A stretch of DNA of 64,000 nt from Marsupella aquatica (lineage: Eukaryota > Plantae > Marchantiophyta): the NCBI GenBank assembly GCA_973895155.1, contig OZ316894.1:13573580-13637579 (forward strand), written 5' to 3'. Both the position numbers and the translations under genes were made by a program. The notes under the pieces were generated by a model. It did no database searches, was not told where the DNA came from, and saw only the letters and a program-made list of their open reading frames with translations. Positions within the stretch are counted from its first letter, which is position 1; every line of letters starts with the position of its first letter. Of the stretch, positions 23,272 through 36,823 are shown in pieces.

Positions 23272-26200
23272 CTACTCATCATCTTCGTCCATGTTAGCTT
23301 CAACCTCTCCCTCATAAGTTTGTCTCACTGTCAAAGGGATGTACTCCCTGGTCCCCTGGCCCCGATGTACAATGTCTACCGCCGGCTGTTCAAAGGCCCC
23401 ATGTGCATCCAAACTGAACTCTATTTTAGTACCCTCCATCCTTTGAACTCTAGGTGAGCTATGGCAAACTACACGCCAATCACGAGACTCCTCCACATCT
23501 AAAAAAAATACTTGCTCAACTTGACTTGGGAACACAAAAGGCTCCATCCATTCTGCCAGTCTTTGGTTAAAATTGACCATTAGAAAGCCATTCATATCCC
23601 GTTTCATGGTCGCTCTTGGCCCATGCCAATCTGGCTTCACCCATGAACCTTTCATTAGGATGATTTGTTGTGACGTGTTCCCATAATTCAGTGCCCAGAT
23701 GTCTGCCAACTCCCCAACATATCCCATCTCCATCCAGCCCCTGTTGTTCTGAGCATCTATATGCTCAAACACATATATTACCCCCAAATTATATGTCACT
23801 AAATGCTTGTCCTCATCATCATGCACACGGTACTGATTCCCATATGCTTTCATCCGTTTATACCGTTGTACAATACGTCTGGGAGGCACAGACAAGAGGA
23901 GAACATCTCTATCCATGTTTGGGTTCTGCCTGCTATGCTCTCAAATTGTTGTCCTGATCCACTCAGGAAAAGTAGGGAATGCCTGGTGATTTAACCCTAA
24001 TTGGGCAGCCTTCTGCACATTGTATTCCCTACATGATGACAATGAGAACAATTTCTCAATACAATGTACATGTCCTACCAAAATGGATATGAATAAAGAA
24101 GGAATGCAGGGAGGGTGTGGAAACATGAGTACTCACTGCCACCAAGGTTGCATCATGACTGTATTGTGTAAGACATAAGTGTGCTGCATCACAAACTTCT
24201 GCAGACAATTGCAAGGAAGTAAAAGTGCCTTGAAGAACCTCTCCAGCCACCTCTTCTTCCTCAGCATCCCACACCCTGCTCCTAACACTGTCTACACCAG
24301 CCATGTATTCTGTAAGGAACCCCAAGGTCTCTTCTTGAATGTAACCGAGAGCCATGCTTGCTTCAGGCCTGTAATAAGTACGTACATGGCCTTTTAGCAA
24401 CTTCATGTACCGTTCCATCGGATACATCCACCTTGTACTCACTGGGCCGTAGTGGCCCAGATCTTCAACCGCATGGATGATCAAATGAGTCATGACATCA
24501 AAAAATGTTGGCGGGAAATAAATCTCCAAGTCACAAAGCACACGCACAATATCTGCCTTTAACTGAGGAAATGTTGTAGGGTCCCACACCTTCACACAAA
24601 TACAGCGAAAGATCTGACACAGTCTCAAAATGACATTGCAAACTGGTTTTTGCATCAATCCCTCAGACATACTGGTAGAATGCCTTGCATCATAACATGG
24701 AAGTCATGAGTTTTCATGCTTCCCAACTTCTTCTTCCTTATATGCTTTGCAAAGGCTCCAGCGTACCCAGAGGGTACTCTGAACGAACTCAGCCTAGACA
24801 AAACTGTGTTCCACTCATTCTGGGTGCAAACATATGGAGCTTGGTACTTGAAAACCACACCCAACCTATTCTGTGATTCTTGCAGCCAAAGTTGAGGACG
24901 AATGCCCTTCTCCTGAAGGTCCTTTCGTACTGCTGCAGTATCGTTGTCCCCCGACAGAAACTTCAAAAGACTTTTGCATACATTCTTCTCAATGTGCATT
25001 ACATCAATGTGATGTTTGCTTGGCTCAAAATCCTGCACCCATGAAGTACGCATGATTGCCACAATTAGGTTCAAACACAAGAACTAAAAACTGTTGTGCA
25101 TAGGATCTAAAGAGGTTCACTGAGTACAAGTGAATATGCAAATGTTACCTTCCAATACTCCAATGATGTGTCCATGATTGTCTGCCTTTTGATGCCATGA
25201 GTCTTTGCTGGGTCGTCTGGCACGTCTCTACAAGCACCATATTCATCACAAGACACCTTGTTCAGTCCCCACTGTAGAAGTTGGTCTCTACTAACCAACA
25301 TAGGAGACTCTCGAAGCTCCCTCTGGTTGTTGAAGCGGGCTATGTGGGATTGACTGTGCCTAAAAGGGTGGTTGGTAGGAAGATATTGCTTGTGGCCATA
25401 GAATTTGATACTGCCCAAGGAAACAAACCGTTCAGATGTAACATCTGGGCCACATCGTGTGCAACCCATCCCTTCCCTACTTGCCCAGATATCATGCTAT
25501 GTCCAGGGTAGTCTGCTATTGAATTAACACACATTGCACGTAGGTTGAATGTCCTCGGTCTACCAGGTCCACAAAGTGCATCAACTATCATAATTAACTC
25601 CATGTGTCCATAGAGTAACCCATTCCTCCACCGCAGGGGCCAACAAAACATCTATGTTTGCACTTATAGCAGAGTTTGGGTCGGGAATCATAAGACACAA
25701 GATCACAAAAAAACGCTTGGTGGATATCCAAGGCGGGAGATTATAATTTATCAAAGTCACTGGCCAGCAAGAATACACGTTGTTCTTGTCTCCAAAAGGA
25801 TTAGCACCGTTGAGGCTTAGACCAAACCTCACATATCTGCTCTCTTCTGCAAAGTCCGGCCACTTCTCATCTATGTACTTCCAATGGTTGGAATCTCCAA
25901 CGTGATGTTGCAAACCATCTGTACTCTTTTGATCAGAGGTCCAAGTCATCATCTTAGAAATAAATGGACACCTATAGAGGTGCTGCAATCTTGGAATGAG
26001 AGGGAAATGCCGTAGGACCTTAGCAGGTTGAGTTGACTTCCCCACGTTCTTATATCTGTGCTTTCCGCAGATAGGGCAGGATAGGCAATCAGCATATTCT
26101 TTTCTGAAAAGTACATGGCCATTTGGGCATGCATGGATGGACACATAATTCAAACTAAGTTTGCTCATCACCTTCTTTGCCTCATACATGTTCTTAGGAG

Positions 26201-26836
26201 CAATGTTTCCAGTGGGTAGTACTGTCCTCTATAGGAACATCAACAACTCTGTTACACATATATTGAGGAACATCACTATGAACCCTAGTTTGGAGCAATT
26301 TGCACCACCATACAATGGGGACATAGCTTCCTCCAAGTAGGCCCAATTCCCAAGAATTGACCATCATCTCTAGCTCCTTCTCCAATGTCAAACTCTTCTT
26401 GGTCCGACGGATCTGCACCATGCATGTCTGGTTCTTCTTCCCCCTGTGCCTCTGCATCTTCATAAAGTGCATCCAGGTCTTGAAAAATGTCTGAAACCAT
26501 CCTAGGAACATCTGCCCCGTCCTCATTAGAAGTCTTGGGACCTCCCTGTGGAACATACTCATCTTCGGCATTGTTGCCTGCATGACCAATGATGTTATGA
26601 AAGAATGCAGAGCGTCTTGCTGTATTCACATTTTCAAAATCTGCTCTCCATTCATCATCCGATGAATCCTCTTCCTCTGGCACATTCCACACCCTGCGGA
26701 TTGGATGTCGTCCATGCCTTTGAAGATGAGAATGCACTTGGTTCAGGGTCATCGAGTGGTATCCTTGACATTGCATGCAGGGGCATCTCATCTGGGCTTG
26801 CTCTAAGCACCTCTCTATTCCACAACTTGGAGTCAT
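23272..26836 (-). pseudogene. CACTA-2 TnpD-type transposase, frameshifted, with introns
   Basis: CPCMQC..H, IHACPNGHVLF..CPICGKHRY, YNLPPW, ADYPG, DVMHIEKNV, KTHDFH, WMYPMERYM, EPFVFPSQVEQVFF. Confidence 0.93.
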
Positions 26837-27347
26837 GACGTGTAATCCTTAGTGGGTGATGCAAAGGGAGTCGCAGTTCATTGGTATGTCTTTGATTCCT
26901 TTGCCCCAACTGTCCATCCTCATTTGCCTGATCCATACCTTCAGCTGTCGTAGGCACCCCTTGGCTATGTACCCTTTGCACTGGACAGGCTTATACAATT
27001 GCATATTCTAAGTACATGGAGGGACACATGCAACTTTCATGAAGGGAATATCACAGACGCTAAACACACTCACTATCAAGTCCGCTTTGTGCTAGCGCCC
27101 GACCTGCTCATGTATCATCTGCTCACTACAGGCAGCAACATCATAACAAACTTGCTATAATCAGTGAGGTGCTTGGTCGTTGACCAGTCAATGGTACAAC
27201 GTACATCATACACTGCCATACATCTCCACATGCAAAACCAAGACATTTGGAGGATGAAAAGGAGTAATGTCTTGTAGACCAAAAATAACACACAAAAGTT
27301 TATTTCAAAAATGTAACCGTCTAGCATACAGACAGTTGAGACCTTAC

Positions 27348-27730
27348 TTATTCATAATCATTAGGGCTAACAGAATCGTACGTACTATCTAAAAACTCTT
27401 CCTCCGTGGTCTGGAACTCAGAAGTAACATATTCTGGGTCGTCATAGGGAATGAATGGCTTTGCTGGCCATACTTCATATAAATCATATTTATGCTCATC
27501 TAATCGCATATTTGTTGAAAGTGACTGCCTGACCCATTCAGGGTAGACCACACGCAGCCCATGTATGATGAGCCATCGTACTGTGGACTTTCCATACTCT
27601 CGGCATGCCTTAGAATATGAATGAGCAATGAGATGGGTGGTCTCATTAGTGAGCTTCTCAATCACTGTACCACCTCTTCTACTGATCTCCCTCTTGAAAC
27701 GACAGACCCTACATGACTTCCTTGGAAAAA
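27348..27730 (-). CDS. BRCT-domain ORF, 5'-truncated by LINE-B
   Basis: FKREISRRGGTVIEKLTNETTHLIA...LRVVYPEWVRQSL...LDEHKY matches the BRCT pattern (I..GG, THLI, V..W+..S, E..Y). The first ~22 aa of the listed ORF come from the LINE tail. Confidence 0.75.
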
Positions 27731-28065
27731 AATTCTTTCTTTTAAAGAAATAACCCGTGAAAACCCCACGGCGGGGGAAGCAAACAGCACCAGCACACAC
27801 AAAAGGACAACTCCCGTAGGAGGCCAGCAGGGCACCCCTAATTCAGGGCACGCCCAGACATCATATACGGCCCTGGCAAAGAGCCCCACCCCAGCCAACC
27901 AGTCAAAGACAGCAAGAGCCAGATCTATGAGCAACCTAAAGGCCTGCAGCCATAACACAAGGGCAAGCCCCAAAAGCAAAATACAGAGCAGCACAGGATG
28001 AGCCCAGCCCAGGCCCACCAGAGCCACAACACCCAATCAAAGAGCCTAACCTACTCCAAGCATCA

Positions 28066-30976
28066 TCAGCCCAAAGTCACATGTCCATCTCTACGCACCA
28101 ACCAGCGCCATTCTTTAGCCCTAAGAAGCCGAATGTGTTTACTGCCTGACGGGAAGCGTAGAGAGGCCCCATGCAAAAAAACCGTCTCAGAAAGAACCAA
28201 TCTTACATCAAAGGATCTACGCCCAAGTTCCTTGAACATCTGTGTGTTACGTCCCAGCCAAATCATCCACACAATTTGAAACAGTAGGAATAGACGAGCC
28301 ACCCTCAATGGACTGCGACCAAATGAGGCCACCACCCTGTCCAGAAGATCCTGCCCAGGTGCAAACATAACTCCCAGGCAGCAGTCGCAGCACAGTCTCC
28401 AGCACTCAGCAGCATGCACACAGTGTACGAACAGATGAGGAATACATTCAAGCCTCCCAGGGCATAGCTGACAAATACCATCACTTGCACCAATAGTAGG
28501 GCCCTTGCTCCCATAAACAGGCCACCGGCAATGATTCGCCATAGAAAGGTTTTTCCTCTAGTGGACAGGTCCGAACCCCACAGAGCACGCCATCTCTTAC
28601 CCCATACCTCCTCCGACCAGTTGGTGAGCCAAATTCTATTCCATCTTTGGTAGTCTGAGCCCTTAGGTCTTAGAAGTTGGTACGCGTGTTTGTTAGGAAT
28701 TGTAAACCTCTTCAGTGGAACCCCCATCTCAAGCCAACGCCAACAGCGAGCACCCACACCAGCCCACCATTGCAGCAGCGCCCCCTGCCAATCACAAGTA
28801 GAAACTGATGGCATCTGTCCCTGTGAGCCAGCGCCCACCCTTGAAGCAAACACCATCTGCCAAAAAAGTCCTTCCATTGGTGCACCTCAGCATTCCAGCA
28901 GTCGGTAATCACCCGTATCCCAAGCCTCCCAAAGATTTCCACAGTGAACTCTGTGTGTGCCGAAGGCCAAGTATTAAAGCCCTGTGTATAGCGTAATGCA
29001 TCCTGTATACTCCATCTCCCAGGAAAGCCCGCAGTCCCTGGGACAAAGGAAAGATTTGCTCTCAAAGCCTCCCAGGCCTTCCAGATTCCCAAGTGTATGT
29101 CAGACCGCAGCAAGATCTTGGAGTACATAAAAGCAACTTATCTACAAATGTGTAGTGATTTCGCCTAATCACCCTAAAATTCAGCCATCCAATAAGGCTC
29201 AGATTAGCAGCAAGCATGCCAGCCCATTCCGTGTTGGGATAGTCCAAGGCCTTTATAAACCACTGAGTTAGTAAGGCATCAGAGTGACTTCTAAAGTCAC
29301 GAAACCCCAGTCCGCCATCCACCTTAGGGCAAGCCATCTTGTCCCAGGCCACTAGCGGAATCTTCTTCCCGCCCTCAAGATTATAACCCCATAGAAAATC
29401 TCTGCACAGCGCAATCAGTTTCTTTGCCAGCCCCTCCGAGGCCTTCATATACATTACATGATATATAGGTATTGCCATGAGCACATGTTTCACCAGCAGC
29501 GTCCGACCTGTGAAGGACAGCAATTTATTTGACCAAGAGGACAAGCGGGCAGCAAACTTATCCAGGCAGAAGCGATGTAGATTACCCACTGAGAGTCCAA
29601 TACCAAATGGAGCACCCAGATACTTTTGCACTTCACCTTGCTCACTAATCTTGCAGCCTGTATCCTTGAGCCAGTCTGGAATTAGGTCCAAAGCAAGTGG
29701 GATGATAACAGATTTTTGTAAGTTCAACCAAGCACCAGATGCACTTTCATAACATGACAGAGCCGTAGTAGCATCCCTAAACGCTTCCTCTGTTGCAGGG
29801 ATGAACATCCCCACATCATCTGCAAACAATCTGTAGCACACTGTAAGCACATCTGAAACCTGGATACCAGCAAGTTGACCAGCCGCAAGCTCAGCATCCA
29901 AGAAATCCATGAGAGGTTGGGTAGAAATCACAAATAGAAGAGGGGAGAGAGGACATCCCTGCCTCACCCCCCTACACATCAAAAGTGATTTGCTAAGAAA
30001 GCCATTGACTAGTACTCAAGAGCTGGCATTAGAGAACAAGGCTTTAACTATGTTCACAATCCTACTACTAAATCCCAGCAGCAACATAGACTCCGAGAGA
30101 TACTTGTGGTTAACCTCGTCGAATGCTTTCTCAAAATCAAGTTTTAGGAATAATGCTCCCTTCCTGCAATTCTGAACCCAGTCACTTATAAGCCAAGCAA
30201 GCGAAATATTCTCTAAGATATGTCTACCCGGGATAAACCCGGTCTGCTGAGGACTGATCAGATTACATAGCAGGTGCTTGATTCGTAGAGCGATCACTTT
30301 GGCCAGGATTTTGTAGCTAGTGTTAAGCATCGTCAAAGGGCGCCAGTCCTTCAAGTATCTTTTATCAGGTTTTTTTGGGATCAGCTTTATTAGGCCATCC
30401 TTGATCTCAGCAGCCAGCTCGCCTGTGAGCCAGAAATCCTGTATCATTGCCACCATATCATCCTTCATGAACTCCCAACAGGCCCTGTATACCTCAGTCG
30501 TGAGCCCATCCGTCCCAAGGGCCTTGTCCTCCGGGAGAAGCCACAACACCTCTTTCACCTCGGAGATCGTAGGAAGTGCCTCCATCCTGTTTATCTCCAC
30601 AGCCGTGAATGCTGATTTGGTATTCCGCAATACTTATCCCTATTGCACCTGCATTCCAGTAGCTCCTCCTCAGATGGTTGCCCACGAGAGTACAGCTCCT
30701 CACATTGCTGCTCTACTTCCCCAATGATGTCCTTGAAATCTGTAAGTACCGATCCATCCTCCTTTACCAGCATCCTCATAGCTTCTCTCTCTCTCTTTTA
30801 GCCTTGACTGTGGCAAAATAAAATTTAGTTGATTCCTCCCCTTCTCCCAGCCACCGAATTCTGGCTAACAGTCTGGCCTGGTGCGCTGTCTCGACTTCAG
30901 CTACGTGAAGCATGTCCTCCCATTGCAGAAACTCTGTCAGTTCATCCAGTGAGTATTCATCTACAATAGTAGTCTT
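28066..30976 (-). pseudogene. LINE-B ORF2 RT and zf-RVT
   Basis: WRPLTML, LDFEKAFD, RGVRQGCPLSPLLF, LFADD, KYLG, DGGLG, CQLC..HLFVHC, WMIWLGRN. Confidence 0.93.
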
Positions 30977-31165
30977 TGTTAGACGATGGCTATAATTCAT
31001 ACACCAACAACACAAGGATAATCTTTTCATGAGCCAATGTGGCTTATAAGGTGTTACACATTGGATGGTTATAACTACCTTCTCCTAGTCTCATGACTCT
31101 CTATATCTAGTCCCTATATACCCCTTTGTATCACTCTATGAGTTAGGGTTAAGTGTATTCTAACA
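30977..31165 (-). repeat. Copia 3' LTR
   Basis: Direct repeat of 36283-36471; adjacent PPT at 31166-31174. Confidence 0.97.
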
Positions 31166-31444
31166 CTCCCCCTTGGTTACTTCAATAGAAAGTAACCATT
31201 CTATAGAATAGAGCTAATCCTAATTCAGGGTATATTAGAACTTATAAACGACATGATCTCATTAAAAACCCCCTGCTTTCTTCTTTGGGGTAAAAAGAGT
31301 ATCACTGTCTTACATGTAATAAGTTCGTTAAGTTGAGGGGACTGAGTATATGCTAAGTAGTAATGTGCCATTCTACCAGGTATTACGGGTTTAGGGTGAT
31401 CGTAATAATAATGCCTGAAACGAGTAGTCGAGGGCATTTAGGTA

Positions 31445-34400
31445 CTAGGGAAAATCTGAGAGTTTGCGTAGGCCGATTCCTGTCGAGTGTGCTTCGTGCA
31501 GGACACGAGGTAAGGGCTTCGTGAATAGATCGGCGCGATTGTCTTTGGAAGGTATCCATTGAACGTTAATCTGATCACCGTGCTGTTCATGTGTATGGAA
31601 GAATTTAGGTGCTATGTGCTTAATTCGATCTCCCTTGATAAATCCTTTAGCAATTTGGTCAACGCAGGGTCTGTTATCTTTGTAGATGATTGTTGGTTTG
31701 GTGAGGACTTCTTGACCGGTGGATCCGTGGATATGGTTGATAAGTTGGCGAAGCCATAAGCATTCGCGACTGGCTTCGTATAGGGCAATTATTTCTGCAT
31801 GGTTGGAGGAAGTTGTTGTTAGTGTCTGCTTAGCACTTTTCCAGGATATTGTCGTGGATCCTTGCAGGAAGACATAGCCCGTCTGGGACTTGGCATCATC
31901 AGGATCGGAAAGGTAACCTGCGTCAGCGAAACCAATCAGTTCATTAGGCATATCTTTAGGAAAGTAGAGGCCAGTGTCAATCGTACCTTGGAGGTAGCGC
32001 AAAATTCTCTTGATACCGTTCCAATGTCTTATCGTTGACTGAGAGCTGTGGCGAGCCAACAAGTTGACAGCAAAGGAGATATCCGGGGGTGTCTGGTTTG
32101 CCAGGTACATCAAGGCGCCTATAGCTGAGAGGTAAGGTTTCTCTGGGCCCAAGATCGGTTCTTGTTCAGTTTTGCGCTTGTACATATCTTTGGATGAATC
32201 TAAGGAGCGAAGTTCCATAGGTGTTGTGACAGGGTATGACTTGTCCATATTAAATTGTTTTAACATCTTCCTGGTATATGTGGATTGGTGAATCAGAACG
32301 CCATTAGGTAAGTGTTCAAATTGAATGCCAAGGCAGAAAAGGGGTGTCCCAATATCCTTCATTGCGAAGATGCCTTTGAGTGTTGTAATTGTTTGTTCCA
32401 TAAGAAGCTTAGTGCCCATAAGATTTATATCATCTACATAGATTGCTATGATAATAAATTCAGTTCCAGCTCATTTTATGAATAGGCAGGGAGCGATGTC
32501 CTCATTCACGAAACCAAGTGCTATCATCTCAGCACGGAAGCGCTTGTACCAAATACGGCCACTCTGTTTTAAGCCATAAATGGATCGAAGAACCTGTACA
32601 GCAAATGCTTTCGCTGGTTTTTGAGGTTTAGGTATCCTCTGATGAACGAGGTTTACCTCTGTGGGTAAACCCAGGGAATTCAATGAAGAATTTGTTTGAT
32701 GTTCACCATGAGCAATTTGCTTTTCATGTACGTTCTGATCCTCTGATAAGTGTTCAGTTATTTGTTCAGGTACCAGTGGGCCTGATTGAACAAGGTAATC
32801 CTTAAGTTCCTGTGTAGGAACAATCTTATCAATACCCGACTGTATGTCCGGGGATAGAGTAGTTTGATGCTCCCCCTTAATGTGGAAGGTTACTCTTTGA
32901 ATTAGCTCGGGTGGAGCTTTCACATGGATATCAGTGTCGAGTATGCCATAAAGGTAAGCGGTAACAACGTCCATAAGGTGCATTAGGAGTTTATGTGTAA
33001 GAGCGAAGGCAATCAAAAATCTGTAAGTGATAGAGTCCATAACCAGGGAATGAGTCAAGTCATAGTCTTTTCCATAGATTTGTGTATAGCCTCTAGCAAC
33101 AAGTCGGGCTTTATAGCGGACTACTTCGCCTGCTGCATTTCGTTTACGTACTAGTGTAATTCTGTATCCTGTGAGATGTTGTTTAGCAGGTACAATTCGA
33201 ATCTGTCCAAATACTTGGCGGCTTATGAGTGAGTCGAGGTCGGAGTTAATGGCAGAGTCCCATTTAGGCCAATCGGGATGTTGTTGGGCTTCTTTAATAT
33301 TCCGGGGATCTGGTAAGTCATTGGATATATCTTGGGAGATAAGAAAGGCAAAATGTTTGTCAGGTTCAGTTATATCTCTAGGCCATAAGTGCCCGGTATG
33401 CATGTAATGTATTGATATTTCTTCGTTATCGACCAGTGTAGTTCTTGGTGAACGTAAGTAGAGCTGTGTTGATACAGGTTTCTTCTGTCGTGATCTGGAG
33501 TCTTTGGATCCAGGGGGTCTGCCTCTCTTTGCCTTGGGGGCATGGTCTGTGGCTCGGGTATCGGGCATGGAAATTCTGGCAGGGACGTTAGCTGCTTCTA
33601 TATGGGATTTCGTGGTAGCAGCAGCATCATTAAAGGCGTCTGGTATTTTTTCCATGATTCAGTGAAGATTCAGGATGCGCTTTACTTCGTCGTTTGTGAG
33701 TTGTGTACGGGGGTCATTCCAGAATGGGTCCTTAGTTGTCCATTCTAACGTAGGGGTTAGAGTGTTCTATTTGTAGAGTTGTGCAGGGGTAAGGAGTGGG
33801 GGAAAAATATCCTCACAGAATTTACAATCCTGGTATCTAGCTCGGAACACATCAGCTGTAGTTGGTTCGAGGTACCTGACGATTGAAGGAGAGTCGAATC
33901 CCACATAGATGCCGCGTTGCCGCTGTGGTCCCATTTTAGTATGTTTAGGGCCCAGAATTGGGACGAGAACAAGACAGCCAAACATTTTCAGGTGTGTAAC
34001 GTCTGGTGTAGATCCATATGCTAGCTGATGTGGTGTGTAAGTGTTGAAGGCCGATGGTCTGTATCTTAATAATGCAGCACCGTAGAGTACAGCATGTCCC
34101 CAAGCTGTAAGTGGCAATTGTGTCTGTAATAATATAGGTCTTGAGATAAGTTGTATACGTTTGATCATTGCTTCTGCAGCGCCATTTTGGAAATGTACAT
34201 ATGGTACCGAGTATTGAATGGTGATACCCAGGGCTTGGCAGAAATCGTCGAAGGCAGGTGATGTGAATTCACCAGCATTGTCGATTCTTATTGTCTTGAT
34301 AGTTGAGTCAGGGAATTGAGTTCTTAGGCGTATAATCTGAGTTAGTAGGCGAGCAAATACCAGATTTCGGGTGGAGATTAGTGAGACCGAGGACCATTTC

Positions 34401-36112
34401 GTGGATGAGCATATCATCACTAGAAAGAACCGAAATGGTCCACTTGGTGGGTCTATTGGGCCGCAGACATCCACGTTTATCTGTGAGAGGAAATCAGGTA
34501 TGTGGTAGGTGTTTTTAGTGGTGGCGGGCATTGTAATCAATTTGCCTTGTGCACATGGGATGCATGTCTCATGTTTAGATGATGGATGGACTCCTTGGGG
34601 AATGCCCGTGGTGTTCTTGAGGATTTTGTGGTACATTCCTGGGCCAGGGTGGCCAAGGCGGAAGTGCCATAGTTCTGTGGGTGATAAGGGTTGGGCCTGT
34701 GAATGATAAGCTGTAATTTTGGTGGCGTATACTCCAAGGGGAAGAAGTGGTGAGGTCTCTAGTATGATTGGGCCAGTATCAGTTTCCTGAAAGATCTGCA
34801 AAGCATCTACTTGGTGGTCAGGTGCAGAGCGAATGTGGAGGTTGTTTTGGCGAATATCGTGGAAGCTGAGTAGATTTCTGGTTGCAAATGGGGCGTAGAT
34901 GGCAGATTGGATTTGAATAATTGTGCCATTCGGGAGGGTGAGTTCAGCGGGTCCGTGTCCTTCCTCTAATTGGTTTATACCTGTAATGGTGGTCACAGGT
35001 CTATTGGATGGGGATATGTACTGAAAGTATTGTTTATCTTATAATATTGTGTGAGAGGTGCCACTGTCGAGGATGCAGGTATCGATGTCGGAGGGTGAGT
35101 TGGGGTTCTTTCCCTGTAATACCATGTGTATCTCTGGTGGGGGCGTTGCAAGTGTGTATTGTGAGAGGTCTTCATCAATCTCAAGGTGGTTTGCAGCTAT
35201 GGCCGTGTTCGTGGTTTGCAGAGAGGCCTGGTATAGTTTGACCAGGTGGGATTGGGCTTTACAGTTCTTTCTGATATGACCAGGTCCGCCGCAATGGAAA
35301 CACTTAGCCTGATTCTTTGTGGGTGTGATGTGTGCAGGTATGTTTTGAGTATAATTTGGCTTGAGTTGCCAAGGATTTGTGGTTGGCTGTGTGGTGCCGT
35401 TGTCCGTGCGTGCTTGGTGTCTCCAATTAAATCTTTTGAAGTGGCCCGTATTTCTTCTAAGAGGGCCATTGTTGCCTTTGTAAGAGGGGTTACCTCTGTT
35501 GGTACTCGTGAATTGGGTTTCAGTCCTGGGTAGCGTACCTGGTGGTCTTTCTCGGGAGTTCTTAAGGAGAAGGAGATCGTTCTTCTCAGCCAGGAGCATA
35601 ACTGCAATTAGATCAGAGAATTGGGTGAAGTGGCATTGTCGGTAGATCTGTGACAATTGCATATTCGTTGCAGAGAATGTGGAGAGTGTTTTTTTGATCT
35701 TGGCTGCCTCGTTGATGGGTTCTCCACATGTTGTGAGTTGAGCAGTTATACGGAAGAGGGCACTGTTGTATTTTGCGATAGTCGGGTAATCTAGGACTCT
35801 TAGATGAATCCATTCGTTGCGAGCGGCTGGAAGGGAGATTAGGCGAAGGTGATCGAACCTCAATTTTAGAGCATCCCAGAGGGCTCTCGGGTTATACTCT
35901 GTGAGGTATTCAAGTTGTAAATCAACGTCTAGGTGATGGCGGATAATGTACAGGGCCTGGGCCTTCTCCTGTAATATTCCATAATTGTCCCCCAATAAAA
36001 TATCGCTGAGGCCTTTCATGTTGAGAACGATTTCGGCATTCTGTGCCCAAGATAAGTAACTCTCGCCGTCTATTACGAGTGACGGGAATTGGAGCTTCTC
36101 CAAAGTTGTCAT
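31445..36112 (-). pseudogene. Copia gag-pol, single frame with four in-frame stops
   Basis: CFHCGGPGHIRKNC, ILDSGTSHTIL, WHFRLGHPG..CIPC, DVCGP, DNAGEF, NGAAE, YKARLVARG, MDVVTAYL, YGLKQSG, YVDD, FADA, ADLFTK. Confidence 0.95.
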
Positions 36113-36282
36113 TGTCAGGTTAATTGAAGTCTAGTAGCCCTGGGGAATTGGCCATGGTCTATGTAAATCAGGGTGCGGGCGGTGAAGAATTGTCGATGAC
36201 AATTGGATGTTATCAAAGAGAGAAAGAGGGAAAAAAAACATAAGCTCGAGAAGATTGAAGGGCATAAATCGTGCTGATAACG

Positions 36283-36471
36283 TGTTAGACGATGGCTATA
36301 ATTCATACACCAACAACACAAGGATAATCTTTTCATGAGCCAATGTGGCTTATAAGGTGTTACACATTGGATGGTTATAACTACCTTCTCCTAGTCTCAT
36401 GACTCTCTATATCTAGTCCCTATATACCCCTTTGTATCACTCTATGAGTTAGGGTTAAGTGTATTTTAACA
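36283..36471 (-). repeat. Copia 5' LTR
   Basis: Direct repeat of 30977-31165; PBS adjacent at ~36268-36282. Confidence 0.97.
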
Positions 36472-36823
36472 GTCTTAAGTATTCTCACTTTATCTCTCAG
36501 AAAGTTCATCTCCTCCTCAGACTGTCTCGGTGCGGATTGCAGCTCCATATATTTTTTCCGCAGTCTCTTGCATGCACGAGAGAAACGCAAGTGAGGGTTC
36601 ACCTCGCCCTCCCCTCCCGCCCACCAGGCAGCCTCCAATTGCTCAATATTCTTCTGATCCCGGAGTATGTATGGGTTAGCTTTAAAAAAGTGGGACTTAC
36701 CTCTTTCAGATTCCCTCTCCTCAATCTGAAAGCGCAAAACAGCCACAATGGGATCATGGTCCGACAGTGACGAGCCCCCATCATGAGTTAGCTCCACAGT
36801 GCCAGCAATCCAACCTCCAAGAC

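Larger units (their letters stand above)
19800..27730 (-). mobile_element. CACTA-2 (partial): BRCT ORF, transposase and ORF2; left terminus missing, right part cut by LINE-B
   Basis: Transposase and ORF2 homologous to those of CACTA-3. No CACTA TIR was found at the left boundary. Confidence 0.8.
30977..36471 (-). mobile_element. Ty1/copia LTR retrotransposon, Bianca-like, full length
   Basis: 189-bp LTRs TG..CA with 1 mismatch; TSD GTCTT (30972-30976, 36472-36476). PBS CGTTATCAGCACGA and PPT AAGGGGGAG. Domain order gag-PR-INT-RT-RH. The gag start (LQFPSLVIDGESYLSW) and the PBS resemble the Bianca lineage. Confidence 0.95.
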
